Below are positions 20,901-30,225 of a stretch of DNA of 64,000 bases, piece by piece (the first letter of the stretch is position 1; each line of letters starts with the position of its first letter). The stretch comes from an uncultured Actinomycetes bacterium (GTDB lineage Bacteria; Actinomycetota; UBA4738; JBBDTT01): the NCBI GenBank assembly GCA_963742735.1, contig CAVUMN010000004.1, positions 32,001 to 96,000 on the forward strand, in the 5' to 3' direction. The notes below the pieces were generated by a model that saw nothing but the letters and a program-made list of their open reading frames with translations, had not been told where the DNA came from and searched no databases. Both the position numbers and the translations under genes were made by a program.

Positions 20901-21466
20901 AGGAGGCCACCGTGCTCTTCCATCAGGCGCACGAGCTGGCGGAGCAGGTGGGCTGGTCCGAGATCGCGTTCCAGGCGCTCTTCGGGCTGGCGCTGGCCCT
21001 GCGGGACTCCGGCGACTACGCCAGCGCCGCCGACGCGCTCGACCGCGCGATCGACGTGTGCGAGCGGGCCGGCCTGCTCGCGCAGTCGATCCAGGCCACC
21101 GCCGCGCGCGCCGTGGTCCTGTCCCTCTCCCAGCGCCCCGGGCCGGCCCGCGAGGCCGCCCGCGAGGCCGCCGAGCTGGCCGAGCGGATGCACTACCCGA
21201 TCGGCCGTGCCGCGGCCCTGGAGGCGCGCGGGCTGTCCGCCGAGGACCCCGAGGAGGGAGTGGCCCTGCTCGCCGACGCCGAGACCACCTGGCGCGGGCT
21301 CGGCCGCCCGCTCGAGGCCGCCCGCTGCGGGCTCATGGCCGGCCAGCGGCTCGTGGGCGTCCAGCCCGACCGGGCTCGTGAGCTGCTCGAAGCGGCAGCC
21401 GTAGAGACCGAGCGACTCGGCGTGCCGCACCTGGCCAAGCGGGCGCGGGCACTCGTGCCTGGGTAG
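17940..21466 (+). CDS. Class III adenylate/guanylate cyclase with double zinc ribbon, AAA ATPase and TPR domains; frameshift near 19054
   Basis: CAAC..NP..ARFC x2; ERRQVTILFADLSGYT, KYIGD, GDTVNVASR; Walker A GEAGVGKT; FEDIHWAD. One base missing at AAC-GG-TCG-GAG. Confidence 0.9.
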
Positions 21467-21475
21467 CCAGTCATT

Positions 21476-21795
21476 GCGCGTTCGCTTGTGCTCGCGGGTC
21501 CTGTCTCCGTCGCGTCTCCTCGTTCGAGGACCAAACGACGGTCCTCGCCCGAGAAGTCGCAACGTCGCCACCCGCTCGACAGCACCGCCGGCTGACCAAA
21601 CAACTGCCCTCGTTTAGAGCGCTAAGCGACGACGAACGGAACCCCGGGACGGCCGGTCCCTCATCGCTTTTACAAAAGGGGGGCGTTTCGCTTGTCGAGC
21701 GGGTGGCGACGGCGGCGATTACCGGATCAGTGAGCTTGCGAGCTGAAACGGTGATCGCTGCCGGAGACAGGACCCGCGAGCAGCAGCGACCGCGC
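21476..21795. repeat. Intergenic element: two inverted copies of a ~95-105 nt hairpin motif (nested inverted repeats)
   Basis: Perfect 21-bp inverted repeat 21489-21509/21762-21782, extending imperfectly to 21476/21795. Perfect 19-bp inverted repeat 21563-21581/21693-21711. Each unit has its own 50-53 nt hairpin between the arms. Confidence 0.9.
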
Positions 21796-22997
21796 TAGGG
21801 CGTCTGGTCGGCACCCGCAACCACGACCACACCAGCGTCGCCTGCGAGCGCCTGTGTCTCTGCATCGATCGCCTCGCGCTGCGGGATCTTCAGCCGCCGG
21901 CTCACCACCACGGCCTCGCGCCTGTGGCCGCTCGCGTAGAGGACCACCGACTCCGCGCGCTGCTGCTCCTGGTTGTCCGCGTTCCCGAGCGTGCCGAGGT
22001 CGAAGCCCAGCCGCTCGACCTCGTCGCCGATCCCCGCCGCCAGGCCGGGCTCGAGCGTTCCGTTCAGGACGGCCACGGTCACGTCCGCGGGGTTGACCGC
22101 CTGGCCGCCGTTGCCCTGACGTCGCCCGCGTCGTGCGGTGTCCTCCGAGCCACTTCCACCGGCGTTGCTGGTCGCGGGCTCGGAGTCGTCTCCTGTCAGC
22201 TGCGAGACGGCGAACGCCGCGCCGCCGCCGAGCACGAGCACGCCGGCCACGGCCAGCACGACGATCCTGGACCGGGTGAGCCCGCCCTCGCGGGCGGCGC
22301 CGGCCGACGGCGGGATGATCGCGGTGGGCTGCGGTGTGGGCCGCGCGAGAGGATCGGGGCGGGAGAAGCGTGGCGGGGTCGGCGGAGTCGGGCGCGCCTG
22401 TCCCGCGGGCGTGGCGGGCCGCGCCGCGGACGGCACGGCCACGGGAGGCGGTGGCTGGCCGGCGGGCTTGTCGGTGGCGGGCGCCTGGGTGTCGCCGGGC
22501 GCGGCGGGAGTGCCCTGCTGCACCGCCGGCGCCGGGGGCGCCGTTCCGGCGGCCGCCTGGGGCGCGCCGGACTGCTGAGCCTGGCCGGCGGGCGAGGGCG
22601 TCTTGTCCGCGTCGTCGCCGGCCGCGGGCTCGGGCGTGCCTCCGTCAGCGGGGCCCTGCTTGCCCTGGCCGGCGGGCGTGGCTGCTCCCGGCCCGCCGGG
22701 GCGCTCCGCCGTGGCTGCGGCGGCCACTGCCGTGGCGGGCCGCGCTCCGGCCGCTGCTGCCACTGCCGGAGCGGGAGCGGCGGGCACCTGGGGCGGTCCC
22801 GAAGGCGTCTGTGATGGCGTGCCCGGCTTGACCGGAACCGCCGCCCCGGCCGGCGTGGGCACCGAGGGCGGGGTGCCTGCCGGCTTGGCCTGAGGCTGCG
22901 CCACGACCCGCTGGGGGACCGCGGTGGCGGGCTGCGCCGCGCGCTCGGGCGCTCGTCCGGCCCATTCGCGCAGCCGCTTCACATCTCGCGCCTGCGC
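21795..22997 (-). CDS. LytR C-terminal domain protein with long Pro/Ala-rich region; N-terminus missing
   Basis: C-terminal VTVAVLNGTLEPGLAA...VVVVAGAD LytR_C domain, preceded by a TM helix. Coherent sequence begins at AQARDVKRLREWAGRAPER with no start codon. Confidence 0.75.
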   Translation of the reverse strand, partial: AQARDVKRLREWAGRAPERAAQPATAVPQRVVAQPQAKPAGTPPSVPTPAGAAVPVKPGTPSQTPSGPPQVPAAPAPAVAAAAGARPATAVAAAATAERPGGPGAATPAGQGKQGPADGGTPEPAAGDDADKTPSPAGQAQQSGAPQAAAGTAPPAPAVQQGTPAAPGDTQAPATDKPAGQPPPPVAVPSAARPATPAGQARPTPPTPPRFSRPDPLARPTPQPTAIIPPSAGAAREGGLTRSRIVVLAVAGVLVLGGGAAFAVSQLTGDDSEPATSNAGGSGSEDTARRGRRQGNGGQAVNPADVTVAVLNGTLEPGLAAGIGDEVERLGFDLGTLGNADNQEQQRAESVVLYASGHRREAVVVSRRLKIPQREAIDAETQALAGDAGVVVVAGADQTP

Positions 22998-23059
22998 AGC
23001 GCCCCGGCCGGGGCGGGGATCAGGAGCAGGAGCACGAGGAGGAGCGAGGCGCGTCTCAC
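22998..23059 (-). other. 5' fragment (signal peptide only) of a secreted protein, cut at the probable junction
   Basis: GTG at 23059 reads MRRASLLLVLLLLIPAPAGA-L, then continues out of frame into the LytR_C gene and stops. Confidence 0.55.
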
Positions 23060-23096
23060 CCGGGTCGAGTTCTGCGCGCGTGCGAGACTCTCCTGT

Positions 23097-23621
23097 ATGG
23101 CGCACTTCGCGGTCACCGCGATCGGAGCCGACCGCCCTGGCATCGTGGCGGCGCTCACGGGTGCCCTCCACGGCCTGGGCGGCAACCTGGAGGACGTCTC
23201 CTCGACGATCCTGCGCGGCCACTTCGCGACGATGCTCGTGGTCGACGCGCCGGGCGACGCGGACGGGATCCGCTCGGCGCTCGAGGACGCGGCGGGCCCC
23301 CTGGGCGTGCAGGTCCACGTGGCCGACGTCGAGGCCGGCGCGCCCGAGCGCCCGCGCGCCACGCACGCGCTCACCGCGTACGGGTCGGACCGCCCGGGGA
23401 TCGTCTCGGGCCTGACCGCGCTGCTGGCCGAGCGCGGGGTGAACATCACCGACCTCTCCTGCCGGCGCACCGGTGGGGGCGAGCCGATCTACGTGATGGT
23501 GGCCGAGCTCGCGCTGCCGGATGGCGTCGACGTCGCCGAGCTGGAGGCCGCCATCCGCGAGACGGCGGCGGGCATCGGGGTCGACGTGAGCTTCGGGCCC
23601 GTCGAGGTCGAGACCCTCTAG
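23097..23621 (+). CDS. Tandem ACT-domain protein (GcvR-like)
   Basis: Two G.DRPGIV ACT repeats. Confidence 0.88.
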   Translation: MAHFAVTAIGADRPGIVAALTGALHGLGGNLEDVSSTILRGHFATMLVVDAPGDADGIRSALEDAAGPLGVQVHVADVEAGAPERPRATHALTAYGSDRPGIVSGLTALLAERGVNITDLSCRRTGGGEPIYVMVAELALPDGVDVAELEAAIRETAAGIGVDVSFGPVEVETL

Positions 23622-23623
23622 CG

Positions 23624-24124
23624 GTGGGCGTCCGCGACGTGCGGCGCTACCCCGACCCGGTGCTCAAGCGACCCGCCGAGCCGGCCGGTGAGCTCACCGA
23701 CGCCCACCGCGCGCTGGTCCGGGACCTGGTGGACACGATGCGCGCCGGCCCGGCCACCGTCGGCCTGGCCGCGCCGCAGATCGGCGAGAGCGTCCGGGCC
23801 TTCGTCCTGGACGTGACCGGCCACCCGCGGGCGGAGGACGCCCACGGCCTGGTGGCCCTGTTCGACCCCGAGATCCTCGAGGCGGGCGACCCCGACGTCC
23901 TTCGTGAGGGATGCCTGTCGGTCCCCGACCTCACCGCCAACGTCCGCCGCGCCCGGCGCGTGGTCGTGCGGGGCGTGGACCCGAAGGGCCGGAACCGCGA
24001 GTACGAGATGCGCGGGTTCGAGGCTCGCGCGCTGCTGCACGAGGTGGACCACCTCGACGGCATGCTGATCCTCGACCGGGTGACGGCGGGATCGGACCTG
24101 TTCCCCCGGAAGGTGTATCGGTAG
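23624..24124 (+). CDS. def: Peptide deformylase
   Basis: GLAAPQIG, EGCLS, HEVDH motifs. Confidence 0.95.
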   Translation: MGVRDVRRYPDPVLKRPAEPAGELTDAHRALVRDLVDTMRAGPATVGLAAPQIGESVRAFVLDVTGHPRAEDAHGLVALFDPEILEAGDPDVLREGCLSVPDLTANVRRARRVVVRGVDPKGRNREYEMRGFEARALLHEVDHLDGMLILDRVTAGSDLFPRKVYR

Positions 24125-24131
24125 CGAGCGC

Positions 24132-25349
24132 CTACAGGCGCTCCAGGATCATCGCCATCCCCTGCCCGCCGCCGACGCACATCGTCTCCAGCCCGATCTG
24201 CTTGTCGTGGAACGCGAGCGAGTTCACCAGGGTCGAGGTGATCCGGGCCCCGGTCATGCCGAAGGGATGCCCGACGGCGATCGCCCCCCCGTTGACGTTC
24301 AGCTTGTCGGGGTCGATCTTCAGGTCCTCGGCCGAGGGGATCACCTGGGCGGCGAAGGCCTCGTTGATCTCCACCTGGTCGACGTCCTCGATCGTCATCC
24401 CGGCGCGGGCCAGGGCCTCGCGCGAGGCCTCCACCGGGCCGAGGCCCATGATCTCGGGCGACAGCGCGGTGATGCCGGTGGACACCACGCGCGCGAGCGG
24501 CTTGATGCCCAGCTCGTTGGCTCGGGTGTCGCTCATGACGATGACCGCCGCGGCCCCGTCGTTGAGGGGACAGCAGTTCCCCGCGGTGACGGTGCCGTCC
24601 GGCCGGAACACCGGCTCGAGCTGCGAGACCTTCTCCAGGGTCGTCCCCGCGCGGGGCCCGTCGTCTTTGTCGACGACCGTCCCGTCGGGGAGCGTCACCG
24701 GGGTGATGTCGCTCGGCCAGAACCCGCTGGCGATGGCGTCCTCGGCGCGGTTCTGGCTGCGGACGCCGAACTCGTCCTGCATCTCGCGGGTGATGCCTCG
24801 GAGCTGCGAGACGTTCTCGGCCGTCTGCCCCATGGCGATGTAGACGTCGGGGATCTTCTCGTCCTCGCGGGGGTCGTGCCACGTCTCGGCGCCGGCCTCC
24901 TCCCGGGACTTGGTGCGGGCCATGGCCTCCTCGAAGACCGGGTTCATGGTGTCCGGCAGGGTGTCGGACGAGCCCTTGGCGAACCGGCTCACGCACTCGA
25001 CCCCGGCGGAGATGAACACGTCGCCCTCCCCCGCCTTGATCGCGTGAAAGGCCATGCGGGTGGTCTGCAGGCTCGAGGAGCAGTAGCGAGTGATGGTGGT
25101 GCCGGGCAGGTGGTCCATGCCCAGCAGGACCGCGACCACGCGTCCCATGTTGAAGCCCTGCTCGCCGCCGGGGAGACCGCACCCGAGCATGAGGTCCTGG
25201 ATCTCGGTCGGGTCGAGCTCGGGGACCTTGCCGAGCGCCGCGCGGATCATCTGCACGACCAGGTCGTCGGGCCGGATCGTCGAGAGCGAGCCCTTGAACG
25301 CCCGGCCGATCGGCGAACGGGCGGTGGCCACGATGACTGCCTCAGGCAT
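24132..25349 (-). CDS. Acetyl-CoA C-acyltransferase (thiolase)
   Basis: MPEAVIVATARSPIG, RYCSSS, NEAF, GHPFG, CVGGGQG; GGAGG RBS. Confidence 0.95.
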   Translation of the reverse strand: MPEAVIVATARSPIGRAFKGSLSTIRPDDLVVQMIRAALGKVPELDPTEIQDLMLGCGLPGGEQGFNMGRVVAVLLGMDHLPGTTITRYCSSSLQTTRMAFHAIKAGEGDVFISAGVECVSRFAKGSSDTLPDTMNPVFEEAMARTKSREEAGAETWHDPREDEKIPDVYIAMGQTAENVSQLRGITREMQDEFGVRSQNRAEDAIASGFWPSDITPVTLPDGTVVDKDDGPRAGTTLEKVSQLEPVFRPDGTVTAGNCCPLNDGAAAVIVMSDTRANELGIKPLARVVSTGITALSPEIMGLGPVEASREALARAGMTIEDVDQVEINEAFAAQVIPSAEDLKIDPDKLNVNGGAIAVGHPFGMTGARITSTLVNSLAFHDKQIGLETMCVGGGQGMAMILERL

Positions 25350-25416
25350 TGGAACCTCCTCGATCGAGAACGGGATGTCGCCGCAGCCGGACCCTATACC
25401 GGGATGCGGTTCGCGA

Positions 25417-25995
25417 TCACCGGTCGTCCTCGAGGGGCCCGTAGGGGACCTCGATCGTGCCGGCCAGGTGGAGCAGGCGCCCGGTCTCGGGAAGGCTCGA
25501 CGCGAGGACGCTCGCGCACAGATGGTCGTCGCCGAGCTCGGTGATCTCCAGCGTGACCTCGTCGCCGGTGCCCTCCAGGCCGAAGGACGACGTGATCGAA
25601 CGGTCCTGGTCACGGCGAGAGACGTCGAGGTTCACGCCGTCCCGGCCGCTGGTGTACTCCCGCGCCTCGGGGGCTTCGCCGTCGAGGGGCACGAGCATCG
25701 CCACCGACACCAGGTCCTCCGGCTGCGCGCCGCCAAGGTCGAAGGCCTGGGAGCCGAACACCACGTGGAGGTCGCCGTCGGCGTCGACGTAGGCGCCGCC
25801 GCCCCGGGCCACGAACGTGTCGTCGATGGGACCCCGGTCGGCCTCGAGCGCGATCGTGACGGTGTCGGCGCACCCGGTCCCGCCGGTGGTCTCCCGCGCA
25901 TCTGGGCCCCCGCCGTCCTCCCCGGTGCACGCGCCCAGCGCCAGGACCAGGGCGGCCAGGCCGTAGGCGAGGCCGAGCCTTCGATGCCGCCTCAT
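25417..25995 (-). CDS. Hypothetical lipoprotein
   Basis: MRRHRRLGLAYGLAALVLALGA-C lipobox; overlaps the stop of the upstream FMO. Confidence 0.7.
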   Translation of the reverse strand: MRRHRRLGLAYGLAALVLALGACTGEDGGGPDARETTGGTGCADTVTIALEADRGPIDDTFVARGGGAYVDADGDLHVVFGSQAFDLGGAQPEDLVSVAMLVPLDGEAPEAREYTSGRDGVNLDVSRRDQDRSITSSFGLEGTGDEVTLEITELGDDHLCASVLASSLPETGRLLHLAGTIEVPYGPLEDDR

Positions 25996-27158
25996 CGGGG
26001 CGATGCGTTGGCCGGTTCGGCCGAGCGAGCCGCCGACCGGCGCGCGCGGGCGACCGCGCGGCCCAGGCGACGGGCGTCGATGCCGATCTCGCGCAGGTTC
26101 CCGCTGATCGGGTTGGTGAACCCGATGAAGTGCAGGTTCGGCGCGCCGGGGTGGGTGCGCTCCGCGTGCACGACGGGCCGGCCGGTTTCGGCGACCAGAC
26201 CGTGGTCGCCCACCAGCGGCTCGAGCCCTCGGCGGAAGCCGGTAGCGGCGAGGACCGCGTCGGGCCGCACCCGTTCGCCCCCGGCGAGCAGGACGTCCGG
26301 CCCGTCGAAGCCCTCGACCGCCCCGACCACGCGGACGCGGCGCTTCTTGAGCAGCCCGATCAGGCCGACGTCGAGGATCGGGACCATGTCCCGCTTGATC
26401 CGGGTGTACATCCCGCCCCGCGGCGGCGGCATCCCGTACGGCGTCAGGTCGCCCACCGTCATCCGCTGAACCCCCGCGGCCAGCCGGTCCACCAGCCGCG
26501 TCGGCAGGTGCCGGATGAGGATCCCGGTGATCTGTGACGGGAACCCCCGCACGTCGCGGCGCAGGATGTTCGGCGGCGTCCGCACCGAGATCATCACGTC
26601 CGCCGCGCCCCCATCGACCAGGTCCACGCAGATCTCGGCGCCGGAGTTCCCGGTCCCCACCACCAGGACGTCCTTGCCCCGGTACGGCTCGGCGTTGCGG
26701 TAGTCGTAGGAGTGGATCAGCTCGCCGGTGAACGTCTCCCGTCCGGGCCAGTCCGGAAGCACCGGGTCGCGGTTGAACCCGGTGGCGACCACCACGATCC
26801 GGGCGGCGATCGGCTTGCCGTCGGTCTCCACGACCCAGTCGTCGCCGTCGCGAACCAGCCGGCGGGCCTCGACGCCGGTCCGAACGTCGAGTCGGTGGTG
26901 TCGCGCGTACCGCTCCAGGTAGCGAACCACGCCGTCGCGCGAGACCCACTTGCCCTCGCGGCGGTCGATGGCCAGCCCCGGCAGGCCCGAGAGCCACCTG
27001 ACCGTGTGCAGGTGCAGTCGCTCGTAGTGCCGCCGCCAGCTCGAGCCGATGGAGTCGCGCTCCAGGACCAACGGCCGGATGCCGCCGCCGCGCAGCGTGG
27101 CCGCCGCGGCGAGCCCGGCCGGCCCTCCGCCGATGACCACCGCCTCGGCATGCTCCAT
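25992..27158 (-). CDS. Flavin-containing monooxygenase
   Basis: GGGPAG, VATG, FTGELIHSYDY FMO motif, GTGNSG. Confidence 0.92.
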   Translation of the reverse strand: MEHAEAVVIGGGPAGLAAAATLRGGGIRPLVLERDSIGSSWRRHYERLHLHTVRWLSGLPGLAIDRREGKWVSRDGVVRYLERYARHHRLDVRTGVEARRLVRDGDDWVVETDGKPIAARIVVVATGFNRDPVLPDWPGRETFTGELIHSYDYRNAEPYRGKDVLVVGTGNSGAEICVDLVDGGAADVMISVRTPPNILRRDVRGFPSQITGILIRHLPTRLVDRLAAGVQRMTVGDLTPYGMPPPRGGMYTRIKRDMVPILDVGLIGLLKKRRVRVVGAVEGFDGPDVLLAGGERVRPDAVLAATGFRRGLEPLVGDHGLVAETGRPVVHAERTHPGAPNLHFIGFTNPISGNLREIGIDARRLGRAVARARRSAARSAEPANASPR

Positions 27159-27169
27159 CCCGTTCGCGC

Positions 27170-28501
27170 TCACGGGCCGGCCAGCGCGAACACCCGCCAC
27201 TCGCCGGGGACGCCCTTCAGCGCGTGCTCGCCGCGGTCCTCGAACTCCAGGCCGCCCCCGGCGACGAGGTCCTTCACGGTCGAGGACACGAACACCTCGC
27301 CGGCCCCGGCCAGACTCGCGATCCGGGCCCCGATGTGGACGGCGATCCCCTGGACGTCGTCGCCCGAGAGCTCGATCTCGCCGGTGTGCACCCCGGCCCG
27401 GATCTCCAGGCCGATCGTGCGAACGGACTCGCCGGCGGCGCGGGCGCACTCGACGGCGCGCCGCGGGGAGTCGAACGTCGCCAGGAAGCCGTCGCCGGCG
27501 GTGTGGACCTCGCGACCGCCGTACCGGTCGAGCGCGTCGCGGAGGAGCCGGTGATGTCCCTCCAGCAGCTCGCGCCAGTCGCGGTCGCCCAGCTCCGCCG
27601 CACGCTCCGTGGACCCGACGATGTCGGTGAACAGCACCGAGGACAGCACCCGGTCGTGCCGGGGGGGCGGGCGGGTCCCGGTCAGGAACGCCTGAACCTC
27701 GTCGGCGACCTCGTCGACGTCGGCCGAGATGATGGTCGTCCCGGTCCCCGAGAGCTCGACGAGTTTGCCGTCCGGCACCGCCGCCTCCAGCGCGCGGGCG
27801 TTGCGGATCGGCAGGATCGTGTGCGCGGTCTTGTGCAGGACCAGGACCGGCGCCTGGACCGAGGCGAGGCGATCGGTGACGTCCCACCCCATCGTCATCA
27901 TCATGAAGGCCTGGAAGGGGATGCCGCTCGCCGCGGCGCGGTTGTACCGGCGGAACCAGGCGCGGAACCCCGGATCGTCGAGGCGGTCGGGCGCCACGAT
28001 GGACAGGTGGGCGTCAAGATCGATGTCCTCGTTGGCCGCGGCCATCCGTTGGAGGACCTCGACGTCGACGCCGAGGTCGTCCGATTCGGAGCGCATGAAC
28101 CGCATCGGCGTCTCGTAGGCCACGACGGCGCGGATCCGCTCCGGATGCGTCGCCGCGAACGCGAGCGCGAGCATGCCCGCGTCGATGGTCCCCATCAACG
28201 CCGCGCGCTCCGAGCCGGCCGCGTCCATCACGATGCCGAAGTCCTCGACCTGGTCGTCGAAGATCGGGAGCCCCTCGAGAGGGTCGGACATGCCCATGCC
28301 CCGGCGGTCGAACCGGATGAGGCGGGCGAACGCCGAGAGCCGTTCGAAGAGGCGGCGGAACCGTTGGTCCTCCCACGCGATCTCCAGGTGGGCCACCGCG
28401 CCCTGCATGAGGACCAGGTCGACCTCACCCGCGCCGGTGACCTGGTAGGCGATGTGGACGCCGTCCGGGGCGAGCGCGTACTGGGTCTCCGGCGGTTGCA
28501 C
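27170..28501 (-). CDS. Alpha/beta-hydrolase-fold plus class III cyclase fusion (LipJ-like)
   Basis: HIAYQVTG, FDRRGMGMSD; LFTDIVGST, GDGFLATFD, GVHTGEIE, VHIGAR. Confidence 0.9.
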   Translation of the reverse strand: MQPPETQYALAPDGVHIAYQVTGAGEVDLVLMQGAVAHLEIAWEDQRFRRLFERLSAFARLIRFDRRGMGMSDPLEGLPIFDDQVEDFGIVMDAAGSERAALMGTIDAGMLALAFAATHPERIRAVVAYETPMRFMRSESDDLGVDVEVLQRMAAANEDIDLDAHLSIVAPDRLDDPGFRAWFRRYNRAAASGIPFQAFMMMTMGWDVTDRLASVQAPVLVLHKTAHTILPIRNARALEAAVPDGKLVELSGTGTTIISADVDEVADEVQAFLTGTRPPPRHDRVLSSVLFTDIVGSTERAAELGDRDWRELLEGHHRLLRDALDRYGGREVHTAGDGFLATFDSPRRAVECARAAGESVRTIGLEIRAGVHTGEIELSGDDVQGIAVHIGARIASLAGAGEVFVSSTVKDLVAGGGLEFEDRGEHALKGVPGEWRVFALAGP

Positions 28502-28584
28502 GACGGGGGCAGGCTACCGCTCCCGCCGGATGGCCGGAACGCCGATGGGGCATAGGTGTCCTACGCTTGCTCCAGGAGGCATCC

Positions 28585-30225
28585 ATGGGCCAGAAGGCGT
28601 CGGACCTCTTCGTCGAGTGCCTCGAGGCCGAGGGCGTGCGTCAGGTCTTCGGCATCCCCGGCGAGGAGACGCTCGACCTGAGCGAATCAATGTCCCGGTC
28701 GTCGATCGAGTTCGTCCCCGTCCGCCACGAGCAGGGCGGCGGCTACATCGCCGACGTCTTCGGCCATCTCACCGGCCGCGCCGGCGTGTGCCTGGGAACG
28801 CTCGGCCCGGGAGCCACCAACCTGGTCACGGCGGTGGCCGACGCCTTCCTCGACCGGGCGCCGCTGGTGGTCCTCACCGGCCAGACGGGCCTGGAGCGCA
28901 TGCACAAGGGCTCGCACCAGTTGCTGGACGTCCTCGCCCTCCTGAAGCCGATCACGAAGTGGAACGCGCGGATCAGCGATCCCGCGACGATCCCGGAGGT
29001 CGTGCGCAAGGCCTTCAAGCTGGCCGAGGCTGAGCGGCCCGGTCCCACGCACATCGAGCTCCCCGAGGACGTGATGGGCGCGCCGGCGGAGGGCTCGCCG
29101 CTGCCCCGCACCCTCACCCCTCGAACGCAGCCACCCGAGGACGACATCGCCGCCGCGGCCGCCATCCTGGACGGCGCGACGCACCCGGTGGCTCTGGCCG
29201 GTAACGGCGCGGTCCGCGGGGGAGCGGCCGAGGCCCTGCGCGCCTTCTCCGAGACCACAGGCATCCCCGTGGCCGAGAGCTTCATGGGCAAGGGGCTCAT
29301 GCACCCGGACGACCCCCTGGCGCTGGGCGCCGTCGGCCTGCAGGCGGGCGACTACCGGCTCGCGGGGTTCGACCGCGCCGACGTCGTGGTGACCATCGGC
29401 TACGACCTGGTCGAGCACGACCCCCGCTTCTGGAACCCGGACGGCCGCAAGACGATCGTGGTGGTGGACACCGTCCCGGCCGAGATCGACGAGCACTTCC
29501 TCCCCAAGATCGAGCTGGTGGGCGACGTGGTCCACACGCTCGGCGCGCTCGCGGCGGCGAGCGGCAGCCGGTCGCGGGAGGGCGGGGATCCCGGGCTGCG
29601 CGACGTGATCCGGCGACGGATGGAACGCCTGGAGCACGAGCCCGCCTCGCCCATGCGGCCTCCGCGCGTCCTCAACGCGATCCGTGGAGCGCTTGGACCG
29701 GCCGACATCCTGGTCTCCGACGTCGGTCTCCACAAGCTCTGGATCGGCCGCCTGTACCCGGCGTACGAGCCGAACACCGTCCTCATCTCCAACGGGCTCG
29801 CCGGCATGGGCTTCGCGGTCCCCGGAGCGATCGGGGCCAAGCTCGCGCGACCCGACCGGCGGGTGGTCGCGGTGAGCGGAGACGGAGGCTTCCTCATGAA
29901 CGTCCAGGAGCTCGAGACGGCGAAGCGGCTCGGCACCCCGTTCGTCAACGTCGTCTGGGAGGACGGCACGTTCGGTTCGATCGCGTGGAAGCAGCGCAAG
30001 CGGTTCGGCGCCAGCTTCGGGATCGAGTTCGGCAATCCCGACTTCGTCAAGCTGGCGGAGTCCTTCGGCCTGCCCGCGTGGCGGTGCGAGACCATCGACG
30101 ACTTCGTGGACCGGCTGGACGAGGCGCTCGGCCTGGACGTCCCCTCGGTCGTCGTGGTGCCCATCGACTACACCCTGGACCTGGCCATCTTCGAGGAGCT
30201 CGGCGAGGAGATCGTCGCCACGTGA
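28585..30225 (+). CDS. ThDP-dependent enzyme, acetolactate synthase-like (possible 2-oxoglutarate decarboxylase)
   Basis: FGIPGEE, RHEQ, TLGPGATN, GDGGFLMN ThDP motif; GGAGG RBS. Confidence 0.88.
   Translation: MGQKASDLFVECLEAEGVRQVFGIPGEETLDLSESMSRSSIEFVPVRHEQGGGYIADVFGHLTGRAGVCLGTLGPGATNLVTAVADAFLDRAPLVVLTGQTGLERMHKGSHQLLDVLALLKPITKWNARISDPATIPEVVRKAFKLAEAERPGPTHIELPEDVMGAPAEGSPLPRTLTPRTQPPEDDIAAAAAILDGATHPVALAGNGAVRGGAAEALRAFSETTGIPVAESFMGKGLMHPDDPLALGAVGLQAGDYRLAGFDRADVVVTIGYDLVEHDPRFWNPDGRKTIVVVDTVPAEIDEHFLPKIELVGDVVHTLGALAAASGSRSREGGDPGLRDVIRRRMERLEHEPASPMRPPRVLNAIRGALGPADILVSDVGLHKLWIGRLYPAYEPNTVLISNGLAGMGFAVPGAIGAKLARPDRRVVAVSGDGGFLMNVQELETAKRLGTPFVNVVWEDGTFGSIAWKQRKRFGASFGIEFGNPDFVKLAESFGLPAWRCETIDDFVDRLDEALGLDVPSVVVVPIDYTLDLAIFEELGEEIVAT

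Noticed and set aside
21476-21795. CRISPR array or integron attC site
   Set aside because: Only two units, in inverted orientation, with no cas or integrase genes and no RYYYAAC/GTTRRRY ends.
22280-22960. Tandem repeat in the Pro/Ala-rich linker of the LytR_C protein
   Set aside because: Low-complexity coding sequence with no discrete repeat unit.
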